A stretch of 64,000 bases of DNA from Candidatus Eiseniibacteriota bacterium (lineage in GTDB: Bacteria > Eisenbacteria > RBG-16-71-46 > JABDJR01): assembly GCA_963762255.1 (NCBI GenBank), contig CAVXKA010000002.1, positions 960,001 through 1,024,000 on the forward strand, read 5' to 3'. A model generated the notes under the pieces. The model searched no databases and was not told the DNA's origin. It was given only the letters and a program-made list of their open reading frames with translations. The stretch's first letter is position 1; each line of letters begins with the position of its first letter. Of this stretch, positions 52,783 to 61,856 are shown piece after piece. The translations under genes and the position numbers were made by a program.

Positions 52783-53637
52783 TCACAATGCCTCGTCGAG
52801 GCTGCGAAGGTCGGTGTACTTGAGCACCGGCCCCTGCTGGCAGGCGTAGAGACCGTTGATCTGGCAGTGTCCGCACACTCCCAGCCCGCACTTCATCCTC
52901 CGCTCCAGGGAGAGCCGGATGTTCGAGAACGGGATCCCGCGCCCGAAGACCTCGAGAAGCACGAACCGATACATGATCGGCGGTCCCACGATCGCCACCA
53001 TCGTCTCGCGCGGATTGAGGTCGACCTCCGACAGGAGGGTGGTCACCACGCCGACGTCGCCCTTCCATTCCGGGGACGGACGGTCCACGGTGATGCGCAC
53101 GTTCATGCGCCCGGGTCCCGCCCAGCTCTTGAGATCGTCGGTGAACAGGAACTCCGCCGGTGTCTTGGCGCCGTAGAGCAGGGTCACCTTTCCGAAGCGA
53201 TCCCGGCGGTCGGGATGCGCGATGGTGGCGATCAGAGAACGCAGCGGAGCGAGACCGATCCCTCCCGCGATGAAGAGCACATCCTTGCCTTCGAACTCGC
53301 TCACGTCGAAGCCGCGCCCGTAGGGTCCTCGGATCCCCATACGGTCCCCGGGGACGAGGCGGTGCATCGCGTTGGTGACGTTGCCCACCTGACGGACGGT
53401 CAATTCGAACTCGGGCTGGCCCAGGGGCGGCGAGCACACCGAGATCGGCGCCTCGCCCACGCCGAGAAGAGACACCATCACGAACTGCCCGGGATCGTGA
53501 CCCAGCGGCCGGTTCCCCGGCAGCCTCAGCACGAACCGCTTTTCCTTCTCGGTCAGCGTGTCGACGCGATCGACGACGCACGGTGTGGGGACGTAGCGCG
53601 AGGATTCGATCCGCGCTCCGGTAATCGTGACCGTCAT
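52783..53637 (-). CDS. hydG: Group 3b hydrogenase FAD/NAD(P)-binding (gamma) subunit
   Basis: PGQF, GEAPIS, RGPYG, AGGIGLAPL, GPPIM, ERRMKCGLGVCGHC. Confidence 0.93.
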   Translation of the reverse strand: MTVTITGARIESSRYVPTPCVVDRVDTLTEKEKRFVLRLPGNRPLGHDPGQFVMVSLLGVGEAPISVCSPPLGQPEFELTVRQVGNVTNAMHRLVPGDRMGIRGPYGRGFDVSEFEGKDVLFIAGGIGLAPLRSLIATIAHPDRRDRFGKVTLLYGAKTPAEFLFTDDLKSWAGPGRMNVRITVDRPSPEWKGDVGVVTTLLSEVDLNPRETMVAIVGPPIMYRFVLLEVFGRGIPFSNIRLSLERRMKCGLGVCGHCQINGLYACQQGPVLKYTDLRSLDEAL

Positions 53638-54692
53638 CGGCGGCCTCCTCCCGTTCGCACCCCGACCATGGACGCGAGGAGTTCGTTGACCACCTCGTCC
53701 ATGCGGATGCCCGCCACACACTGCCGTCCGCACCGGCCACAGCCCGTGCAGTTGGGCTCGTTGAACCGGGTGTGCAGGTAGTGGAACTTGCGGTAGACGC
53801 GGTGGCGCAGACGCCGGCTCAGCTTCTCTCGGAAGATCTCGCCGCCGGCGACCTCGGTAAACGCCCGAAGCTGACAGGAGTCCCACGTGCGCGTGCGCTC
53901 GCCGCGTCCGGCGAGAGCGTTCACGTCATCCTCCACATCGAAGCAGTAGCACGTGGGGCACACCTGGGTACAGGTGCCGCAACCCAAACATCGCTCGGCG
54001 ACCTTCTCCCAGACGGGGTCCTTGAGCGCGCCCTCGAAGAGCAGCGGCAGATCGGCGGCATCGCTGTGAATGCGGGCCTTCTGCATCTCCTGCTTCTTGC
54101 GGTAGTGCGCTTCCCGGGCCTCGAAGTCGGCGGTGACCGCGGGCCGCCCAGTCACTCCATGGGCCCTCAGCAGGGCCGCGCCGCGCTCGGTCCCTACGGT
54201 GAGAAGCCACATCCCCCCCAGCTCCAGCAGGAAGAGATCGAAGCCCTCGCGCGGGCGAAGCGTCCCCACGCTGCCGCAGAAGCAGAACTCGTCGGGCAGA
54301 CACTCCGTGCCGATGATGACCGACGCGCCACGCTTGCTCTGATAGTTCCAATCCTCGGTCCCTCCTCCCAACGAGAGATCGAGGTGGCGGATTCCCGCGA
54401 GGTCGCAAGGGTGAACCCCCACGATCACGCGGGGGCGAACCTCGTTCGCCGCCGACGCGCGCTCGCCGTCCCGCATCTTGTACTCGAGGAGCACTTCTTT
54501 CGGCGGGAGAAAATACTTCTTGGGAGGAAGTATGGTATGGACGTAGTGAAGATCGAGCTGGTCCAGATCCTCGATGACCTGGAACACGTGCTGGTTCCCC
54601 TCACGGGCCACCGGCCCGATCAGCTCGTGATCCTTGCGGATCGACGAAAGAAACGACCGTAGGGTCGTCGAATCAAGAACTTGCGGTTCCAT
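53634..54692 (-). CDS. hydB: Group 3b hydrogenase Fe-S (beta) subunit
   Basis: PCD, CFC, CLGCGTCTQVCPTCYCF, WDSC, CTGCGRCGRQC; GGAGG RBS. Confidence 0.93.
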   Translation of the reverse strand: MEPQVLDSTTLRSFLSSIRKDHELIGPVAREGNQHVFQVIEDLDQLDLHYVHTILPPKKYFLPPKEVLLEYKMRDGERASAANEVRPRVIVGVHPCDLAGIRHLDLSLGGGTEDWNYQSKRGASVIIGTECLPDEFCFCGSVGTLRPREGFDLFLLELGGMWLLTVGTERGAALLRAHGVTGRPAVTADFEAREAHYRKKQEMQKARIHSDAADLPLLFEGALKDPVWEKVAERCLGCGTCTQVCPTCYCFDVEDDVNALAGRGERTRTWDSCQLRAFTEVAGGEIFREKLSRRLRHRVYRKFHYLHTRFNEPNCTGCGRCGRQCVAGIRMDEVVNELLASMVGVRTGGGRR

Positions 54693-54900
54693 CAACGCCT
54701 CCCGGGATGCGTCCAGGGTTTGACGACCCATGACGGTATCAGGGTGGACACATTGCCGGCTCTTCATTTCCTGGATATGCCTCTTCCCAAGGCCGCGTGC
54801 GAGCCCCTCTCGATTATCTGTAATTGACTAATTCAGTTGCCTTGCCACCGGCGGCAACGCCTATAGTGGACAGTCAGCACTCCGGCGAAAGGGACCCCTG

Positions 54901-55263
54901 GTGCACGAGGTGGGCGTGGCCCAAAACATCCTCGAATCGGTCGCCGCACGGATCGCGCAGCCGTCGCGGGTGCGTGAGGTAACCGTGCGGCTGGGCCCGT
55001 TCAGCGGGGTGGATCCGGAATCACTCCAGTTCGCGTTCGCGGTGCTCGCGGGGGAAAGCCGATGCCCGACGGCACGTCTCGCGATCGAGACGCCCGAGGC
55101 GCGCGGCGATTGCGCACAGTGCGGTCGGGACTTGGCGCTCATCGCACCGAGTCCGGTGTGCCCTCGGTGCGGGGCCACCCTGACCGCCGTCCGCGGCGAC
55201 GATGAAATCACACTCGTCTCGGTCGCCCTGGGCGCCGAGGAGACCAGCCATGCCGGTTCCTGA
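54901..55263 (+). CDS. hypA: Hydrogenase nickel metallochaperone HypA
   Basis: MHE N-terminus, two CxxC motifs (CAQC, CPRC). Confidence 0.93.
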   Translation: MHEVGVAQNILESVAARIAQPSRVREVTVRLGPFSGVDPESLQFAFAVLAGESRCPTARLAIETPEARGDCAQCGRDLALIAPSPVCPRCGATLTAVRGDDEITLVSVALGAEETSHAGS

Positions 55264-55927
55264 AGAGAGCCCGATCACCGTTCTCGAGCGCAAGGTGCTC
55301 GCCCGCAACGACGAGGTCGCGGTGGCGAACCGGCGGTTCTTCCGCGAGCGCGGCATCTTTGCTGTGAACCTCATGAGCGCGCCGGGATCGGGCAAGACAC
55401 GGCTCCTCGAGGCGACCCTCGGTCGGCTCAAGGAACAGGTTCCGGTCGCGGTCATCGAGGGAGACGTCGAGACCGACAACGACGCGCGCCGCGTGGCGCG
55501 CCACGGAGTGCCGGTGGTGCAGCTCGTGACCAAGGGGGCCTGCCACCTCGAAGCCTCTCTGGTCGCCGACGCACTCCAGCACCTGCCCGCCTCGCGGGGC
55601 GGCATCGTTTTCATCGAGAACGTGGGTAATCTCATTTGCCCGGCGTCCTTCGATCTCGGCGAATCGCTCCGTGCGATTTGCCTGAGCGTGACCGAGGGGG
55701 ACGACAAGCCCGAGAAGTACCCGGCCATGTTTCGCAAGGCTGCGGCCGCGGTGCTCACCAAGGTCGACCTCCTCCCCTACGTCGACTTCGATGCGGACAA
55801 GGCGATCGCGCACGCGCGGGCACTCAATCCCGATCTGCACATCTTCAAGACATCCGCGGTGAGCGGCGAGGGACTCGATGCATGGTGCGAGTACCTCGTG
55901 GCGCAAGCGCGAGAGGTGACCGAATGA
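55250..55927 (+). CDS. hypB: Hydrogenase nickel-insertion GTPase HypB (short form)
   Basis: SAPGSGKT, IEGD, ACHL, ENVGNLICP, EGDDKP.KYP, TKVD. Confidence 0.95.
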   Translation: MPVPEESPITVLERKVLARNDEVAVANRRFFRERGIFAVNLMSAPGSGKTRLLEATLGRLKEQVPVAVIEGDVETDNDARRVARHGVPVVQLVTKGACHLEASLVADALQHLPASRGGIVFIENVGNLICPASFDLGESLRAICLSVTEGDDKPEKYPAMFRKAAAAVLTKVDLLPYVDFDADKAIAHARALNPDLHIFKTSAVSGEGLDAWCEYLVAQAREVTE

Positions 55928-58146
55928 TCGAGATCGTCATCTTCGGCCGAGGCGGACAGGGTGGGGTCACCCTGGCCAAACTGATCGCGGCGACTTATTT
56001 CTTGCGCGGCAAGTACGTGCAGGCTTTCGGCGTGTACGCCGCCGAGCGCTCCGGCGCGCCGCTCAACGCGTTCGTGCGGGTGGACGATCACGAGATCACG
56101 AACCGGAATCAGATCTATGAACCCGATCACGTGATCGTGCTCGATCGCAGCCTCACGGGGGAGCGCGTCCTCGCCGGGTTGAAGCCCGGGGGCTGGATTC
56201 TGCTCAATAGCACGGAGCCTCCGGAGCACTTCGCCGTCTCCTTCCCGGGCTACCGCATCGCCACCGTGGATGCCACCGGCATCGCCGTGGATCACAAGCT
56301 CGGCACGCGCGCGACTCCGATCGTGAACACCACGCTCCTGGGCGCGGTCGCGCGCATCTTCGAGCTCCCTTTCGAATGGGCCCAGGCGGCGATCGAGGAG
56401 TTCAAGTTTCCGAAGAGCAACCTGGATGCCGCGCGGCGGGCTTTCGAGGCGACCGCGCTTGGGGGCGACCTGGCCGCCGCTCCCAAGCGCGTGGTGCCTC
56501 CCTCGGCTCCCTCACGCACGACCAGCATCCTCGACCCCTCGGCGGGCGGACCGCCGGCGGTGCGCACCGGCCAGTGGGCCACGCAGCGACCGCTGCGGCG
56601 CGAGTGGACTCCCCCATGCAACGACGGATGTCCCGCAGGCAACAACGTGCGCGGCTTCGTGGCTGCGGTCGGTGCGAAGCAGTTCGACCGGGCGCTGGCC
56701 ATCCTGCACGAGACCTCGCCGTTCCCCGCCATCTGCGGCCGCGTGTGCCCGGCACCGTGCATGGAAGCGTGCCATCGCAACCATCTTGACGAAGCGCTCA
56801 ACGTGCGGGAACTCGAACGCTACGTGGCCGACCACGCGGCGGCGGAGCCGGTGCGCGAGGCCCTGCGCAAGGAAACCGTGGGCGTGATCGGATCGGGTCC
56901 CGCCGGCCTGTCCACCGCGTATCACCTGGGGCGGCTCGGCTACGCGGTGTCGCTGTACGAGGCGGTCGGAGAACTCGGCGGGGTCATGCGCACCGGCATT
57001 CCCGCCTATCGTTTGCCACGCGAAGTTCTGGATCGCGAGATCGGGTTCATCCTGAGCCACGGCGTGACCGCGGTAACCGACTTCAAGGTGGACCGGCAGC
57101 GGTTGCTGGAGCTCACCCGCAAGCACGACGCGATCTTCGTGGCCACCGGGCTGCAGGAAGCGCGCGGGCTCAACCTCGGGTTGGATGATCCCGCCGTGCT
57201 CATGCAGGGGATCACCTTCCTCGACGACGCGCGACTGGGCAAGATCCGGTTGGATGGGGAGCGCATTGCGGTGATGGGCGGCGGAAACACCGCCATGGAT
57301 GCCGCGCGTACCGCGCTGCGCCTGGGGGCCAAGCAGGTGAAGGTGCTCTACCGCCGCACCCGCGAGGAGATGCCCGCCATCAAGGAAGAGATCGATGAGG
57401 CGATCGAGGAGGGCGTGAGCCTGCACGAGTTGGTGGCGCCCACGCGGCTCAAGAAGCTCCTGGGCGGCGTTTCCATCACCTGCCGGCGCATGGTGTTGGG
57501 CGAGCCCGACGAGAGCGGACGCCGCCGCCCGGTTCCAGCCGACGGCCCCGGCTCCGAGTTCAACGTCGACGCCGATCGCGTGATCCTCGCCCTCGGCCAG
57601 TTCGGCGATCTGTCGATCTTCCCCGAGGGGACCGAGGTCACCGACGCGCAGGTGCGGCTCGGCCTGTCCGGCGCGCCCATCTTCGCCGGCGGCGATCTCG
57701 CCACCAACGAGGGGACGGTGACGGCGGCGATCGGAAGCGGACGCCGCGCCGCGTTCCACATCCATCGCACGCTCTCCGGAGAGGATCTCTTCCCGCCGGC
57801 GCGTTCGGAAGTCATCCCGGTCGAGGAGATGAAGTTCACCCGCTTCGAGCACAACCCCCAGCAGCGGGGCGAGATGATCGACGTGAAGGTGCGGATCTCC
57901 TCCGAGTTCGCGGAAGTGCGGCGGGGCCTCGCCGAGACCCCCGACCACGCCCTGGCCGTGGCCGAGGCCAACCGCTGCCTGAGCTGCGGCGACTGCAATC
58001 ATTGCGATCTTTGCCGCGAGCACTGCCCGGAAGGCGTGCTGGTGCGCGAACGCGATTTCTACGCGTTCGATTACGAGTACTGCAAGGGATGCGGGCTCTG
58101 CGCCTCGGAGTGCCCGCGCGGCGTCGTGTACATGGAGCAGATCTGA
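55924..58146 (+). CDS. Fusion: 2-oxoacid oxidoreductase gamma subunit + GltD/NfnL-like FAD/NADP(H) Fe-S module + 2[4Fe-4S] ferredoxin (delta-like) domain
   Basis: GRGGQGGVT...YAAERSGAP (gamma); PPCNDGCP, CGRVCPAPCMEAC, GSGPAG, GIPAYRLP, GGGNTAMD, YRRT (GltD-like); RCLSCGDCNHCDLCREHCP...CKGCGLCASECP. Confidence 0.9.
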   Translation: MIEIVIFGRGGQGGVTLAKLIAATYFLRGKYVQAFGVYAAERSGAPLNAFVRVDDHEITNRNQIYEPDHVIVLDRSLTGERVLAGLKPGGWILLNSTEPPEHFAVSFPGYRIATVDATGIAVDHKLGTRATPIVNTTLLGAVARIFELPFEWAQAAIEEFKFPKSNLDAARRAFEATALGGDLAAAPKRVVPPSAPSRTTSILDPSAGGPPAVRTGQWATQRPLRREWTPPCNDGCPAGNNVRGFVAAVGAKQFDRALAILHETSPFPAICGRVCPAPCMEACHRNHLDEALNVRELERYVADHAAAEPVREALRKETVGVIGSGPAGLSTAYHLGRLGYAVSLYEAVGELGGVMRTGIPAYRLPREVLDREIGFILSHGVTAVTDFKVDRQRLLELTRKHDAIFVATGLQEARGLNLGLDDPAVLMQGITFLDDARLGKIRLDGERIAVMGGGNTAMDAARTALRLGAKQVKVLYRRTREEMPAIKEEIDEAIEEGVSLHELVAPTRLKKLLGGVSITCRRMVLGEPDESGRRRPVPADGPGSEFNVDADRVILALGQFGDLSIFPEGTEVTDAQVRLGLSGAPIFAGGDLATNEGTVTAAIGSGRRAAFHIHRTLSGEDLFPPARSEVIPVEEMKFTRFEHNPQQRGEMIDVKVRISSEFAEVRRGLAETPDHALAVAEANRCLSCGDCNHCDLCREHCPEGVLVRERDFYAFDYEYCKGCGLCASECPRGVVYMEQI

Positions 58147-58155
58147 GGAGGGGCC

Positions 58156-59328
58156 ATGCCGAGGAAGCTCGTCACGGGTAACCAGGTCGCCGGTCACATG
58201 CTGGCGATGGCCGGAGAGGCGAACCGCAATGCCCGCGGGGCCTGCGCCGGGGCCTACCCCATCACGCCGCAAACGGAGGTCGTCGAGTACCTGCGCGCCT
58301 TCCCGTTCACCAAGGGAACCGTCGTGCCGGTCGAGTCCGAGCACAGCGCGATGGCGGTGTGCATCGGCGCGTCGCTGGCCGGCGCCCGCACCTTCACCGC
58401 GAGCTCGGCGAACGGTCTCTCCTATATGAACGAAAACGTGTTCAACGCCGGCTATTACCGACTCCCCGTCGTGCTGATGGCGGTGAACCGCACGCTGGGC
58501 CCGCCGTGGAACATCTGGGTGGACCAGGGGGACAGCCTCGCGCTGCGCGACGCCCCGATGCTGCAGTTCTATTGCGAGGGACACCAGGATCTCGCCGACA
58601 CCACGCTGCTCGCGTTCCGCATCGCCGAGGATCCGCGGGTGATGATGCCCGCGCTGGTGGCCTACGACGGGTTCATCATCTCCCACACCACGGCCGGGGT
58701 GGACTTTCCCGAGCAAGAGCGGGTGGATCGGTACCTGCCGCCGCTCGAGCTCCCCCACCGGCTCCGGTACGAGCATCCGCTCACGATCGGCGGACTCGCC
58801 TGGCCCCACGAATCCAGCGCGCATCGCCTCGAGATCCAGCGGGCGATGGAGCGCGTCCCGACGGTGCTGGAGGAGGCCCGCCGAGAGTTCGCCGCGATCT
58901 TCGGCCGCACCCCTGAGGGCGCGATCACCTGCTACGAAACGGACGGCGCCGAAACCATTCTCATCGCCACCAACAGCATCGCGAGCACGGTGCGGAGCGC
59001 GGTCGAGGAGCGGCGCGCGCGCGGCGAGAAGATCGGCATGGTCAAGCTCAGGCTCTTCCGCCCCGTGCCCCGAGCGGAGATCCTCGCCGCGGTGGGCGGC
59101 GCGAAGCGGGTGGGTGTGATCGAGCGGGATCACTCGCCCGGCTCGGGCGGCGTCTTCTGGGGCGAGGTGGCGGTGAGCCTGCGCGATCGCTCCGATATCC
59201 TGCTCCAGGACTACCTGGTGGGTCTGGGCGGCGGCGATGTGACTCCGCCTCTCATCGCGGAGATCATCGACGACTTGACCGCGCGCAAGCGAGCCGAGGA
59301 TCCGATCTGGAAAGGGGTGGCCGCGTGA
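58156..59328 (+). CDS. porA: Pyruvate/2-oxoacid oxidoreductase alpha subunit
   Basis: GAGGAGG RBS; AYPITPQTE, ESEHSAM, TASSANGL, DGF..SH, RLFRP, GLGG.D. Confidence 0.9.
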   Translation: MPRKLVTGNQVAGHMLAMAGEANRNARGACAGAYPITPQTEVVEYLRAFPFTKGTVVPVESEHSAMAVCIGASLAGARTFTASSANGLSYMNENVFNAGYYRLPVVLMAVNRTLGPPWNIWVDQGDSLALRDAPMLQFYCEGHQDLADTTLLAFRIAEDPRVMMPALVAYDGFIISHTTAGVDFPEQERVDRYLPPLELPHRLRYEHPLTIGGLAWPHESSAHRLEIQRAMERVPTVLEEARREFAAIFGRTPEGAITCYETDGAETILIATNSIASTVRSAVEERRARGEKIGMVKLRLFRPVPRAEILAAVGGAKRVGVIERDHSPGSGGVFWGEVAVSLRDRSDILLQDYLVGLGGGDVTPPLIAEIIDDLTARKRAEDPIWKGVAA

Positions 59329-60257
59329 GCAGAGCTCCGAAGGCACAGCAGGCTGAGCCGGTCTTCGAAGAGGGGCTCTTCGACCATCTGCTGCGTCCCG
59401 GCAACACCAACTGCGCGGGCTGCGGCATGTCGCTCTCGCAGAAGTGGCTCGAGGAAGGGATGGACGGAACGCCGATGATGCTGTGCATCCCGGCCTGCTG
59501 CGGGATCGTCACGGCGGGTGCGTGGCCGACATCGGCCTACGGCGTACCCACCGTGGCCACGACGTTCGGATGCGTCTCCGCGGTGGCCAGCGGCCTGCGG
59601 GCGGTGCAGCTCATGAACGGCGACCCGGGCGAGACGATTTGCTGGGCGGGCGACGGCGGCACCTACGACATCGGCATGGCTTCGCTCTCCGCCGCGGCGG
59701 AGCGCAACGAGGACATCATCTACTTCTGCTACGACAACGAGATCTACGGGAACACCGGGGGACAGCGATCGAGCGCCACGCCGCAGGGCGCGGTGACCTC
59801 GACGACCCCCTTCGGTAAGCCGGAGGGGAAGAAGGACATCATGGCCATCATGGCCGCCCACCGGATTCCCTACGCGGCCACGCTCTCGCTGGCCCACCGT
59901 GACGACTATCTGAGAAAGATCCGGCTGGCGCGCCGGATCCGCGGGTTCCGGTTCTTCCTCATTCACTCTCCTTGCCCGACCGGTTGGAAGTCCGATCCGG
60001 CGGAAAGCGTGGAGTTGGTGCGGCTGGCGGTGGCGAGCGGGCTCTTCCCGCTCTACGAGGTTTTCGACGGCCGGCGCTACCGCGTCAACGCGCAGCCCGA
60101 CGGGACACCGCTCGACGACTATCTCGGTCGGCAGGGCCGATTCCGCAAGAGCGACATGGATCCGGAGGCGGCGAAGCGCGTGGTCCGCGAGCAGTGGGAC
60201 GCGCTCTCTCGGCTGGAGGCGGCGTTCCCGGCCGGACCGAACGATCCGCTGGACTGA
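59325..60257 (+). CDS. porB: Pyruvate/2-oxoacid oxidoreductase beta subunit
   Basis: CAGCG, PACC, TPP motif GDGGTYDIG...DNE.YGNTGGQ, SPCPTGW; GTGA overlap with porA. Confidence 0.92.
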   Translation: MSRAPKAQQAEPVFEEGLFDHLLRPGNTNCAGCGMSLSQKWLEEGMDGTPMMLCIPACCGIVTAGAWPTSAYGVPTVATTFGCVSAVASGLRAVQLMNGDPGETICWAGDGGTYDIGMASLSAAAERNEDIIYFCYDNEIYGNTGGQRSSATPQGAVTSTTPFGKPEGKKDIMAIMAAHRIPYAATLSLAHRDDYLRKIRLARRIRGFRFFLIHSPCPTGWKSDPAESVELVRLAVASGLFPLYEVFDGRRYRVNAQPDGTPLDDYLGRQGRFRKSDMDPEAAKRVVREQWDALSRLEAAFPAGPNDPLD

Positions 60258-60286
60258 GGCAACTCCCTGGTCTAGGCTTTTGGGTA

Positions 60287-60616
60287 ATGTACTCGCCCCC
60301 CGGACATGCCTCTCGATCCCCGGAAGACAGGCGGACTCGGACGTCCCGGTCAGTGGCCGGGATCCTGTTCCTGTTTGCGCTCCTCTTCGCGGGCAGCATC
60401 GAGGCCTTGTCCAACCATCATCACGGCGGACTCCCCGGCGGCCGGCACTGCGCGGTATGCCAGGTTGTTCAAGCCGCCGCGGACACCCCGGAACTTGCGA
60501 CTCCGGCACCCGTCATCCTCCCCGAGAACCCCTGCGGACCTGACAACCCGGTTCCGCTGCCCCCTGATTCCTCGGACATCGTCGTCCTGAGGCTCCGCGC
60601 GCCTCCCGCGGCCTGA
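60287..60616 (+). CDS. DUF2946-like small leader protein (hydrophobic segment, HHH, CxxC, C-terminal RAPP)
   Basis: VAGILFLFALLFAGSIEALSNHHHGG...HCAVCQ...Pro-rich...LRLRAPPAA-stop; start uncertain (ATG 60287 or GTG 60353). Confidence 0.75.
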   Translation: MYSPPGHASRSPEDRRTRTSRSVAGILFLFALLFAGSIEALSNHHHGGLPGGRHCAVCQVVQAAADTPELATPAPVILPENPCGPDNPVPLPPDSSDIVVLRLRAPPAA

Positions 60617-60721
60617 TCCCCTCTCGTCTCGAATTCACCCCAAACTGATCGCTGATTCGTCTGGCATTGCATTAGAGCCACGGCGATTCCGGCGCCAATC
60701 CCAAATCGGGAGGGAATTCGT

Positions 60722-61840
60722 ATGCACAGGCACGCATTGGCGGGAACGATCCTGCTCCTCATGTTGTCGATGGCCGCGGGCGCGGCCCGAGCCGGCGCCA
60801 TCAATCCGAATATCTCGGTTCTCGGCCAACCCCACGCCACCTATACCGACGACCCCACCGCCCCCGACCGGGGCCGAGGGCGGTTGCATGCGGGCGAGAC
60901 CGAGATCGTCTTCGACGACTACCTGAACCCCTACGCGCGTGGATATTTCGTGATGAGCCTGGGTGATGAAGGAATGGCCCTCGAAGAGGGCTTCTTCACG
61001 CTCTTCCGCGGACTCCCCGCGGACATTGCCCTCCGGGGCGGCAAGTACCGCGCGCCGTTCGGGGCGCTCAACCCCGTGCACCGCCACGTGAATCCGTTCG
61101 CGGAGCCCTTCCGCATGCTCATGGCCTATCTGCCCGGGGAGGAGGCGTTCAACGAGACCGGCATCGACGTCTCGCGCCGCTTCGCCGTCGTCGGCGACTT
61201 CTCGATCAACGCCCAGGTCGACGTCCTGCAGGGCGATTCGTTCCGCATGGAGCGCGAGCCCACCGAGGACCCAGACGATCCGCTCAACGCGGGCGGGGAC
61301 GATCGCGCCGGAGAGAGCCGACCGGCCTTCCTGGGTCGCTTGAGCGGTTTCACCATGCTGGGTGAGCGCTCGGCGCTCGAGTTCGGGATCTCCGCGGCCG
61401 GCGGCACCAACAACGTCGCCGCCGGGACGCGAACGATGGTCTACGGAGTGGACGCCAAGACCAAGCTCTGGACCTCCCCCCAGGCCTACCTGCTCCTTCA
61501 AGCGGAGGCCATGGGACTGAACCGGGAGGACGCCGCCTGGGATCCGGCGGACGGCTACACCCACGAGTCGGTGAAGCCGGCCGGCGGATACGTGTTCGCC
61601 GACTACAACTTCGGCATCCGGTACAACGTGGGCGGCGGATACGAGAGATATCAGGAGCCGGCGGTCGACAAGCCGGTCACGCAGTCGTTCGGGCTGTGGG
61701 CGGGCTACGCGCTCATGGAGGAGACGACCGCGCTTCGCCTCGACTGGCGGCACATCGCCCCCGAGGGCGACACGGCCTTCAACAACGTCACACTCCGCGT
61801 CATCTACTCCATGGGTCCGCACAAGGCCCACCAATTCTGA
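60722..61840 (+). CDS. Outer-membrane beta-barrel protein associated with metal uptake
   Basis: Signal peptide then INPNISV, FG.LN..H.H, amphipathic beta strands, C-terminal GPHKAHQF. Confidence 0.75.
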   Translation: MHRHALAGTILLLMLSMAAGAARAGAINPNISVLGQPHATYTDDPTAPDRGRGRLHAGETEIVFDDYLNPYARGYFVMSLGDEGMALEEGFFTLFRGLPADIALRGGKYRAPFGALNPVHRHVNPFAEPFRMLMAYLPGEEAFNETGIDVSRRFAVVGDFSINAQVDVLQGDSFRMEREPTEDPDDPLNAGGDDRAGESRPAFLGRLSGFTMLGERSALEFGISAAGGTNNVAAGTRTMVYGVDAKTKLWTSPQAYLLLQAEAMGLNREDAAWDPADGYTHESVKPAGGYVFADYNFGIRYNVGGGYERYQEPAVDKPVTQSFGLWAGYALMEETTALRLDWRHIAPEGDTAFNNVTLRVIYSMGPHKAHQF

Positions 61841-61856
61841 TCGAAAGGAGTCCGAC

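Noticed and set aside
55924-58146. Calling the fusion glutamate synthase small subunit or DsrL
   Set aside because: There is no gltB or dsr gene nearby. The N-terminal OFOR gamma domain and adjacent porA/porB indicate a different role.
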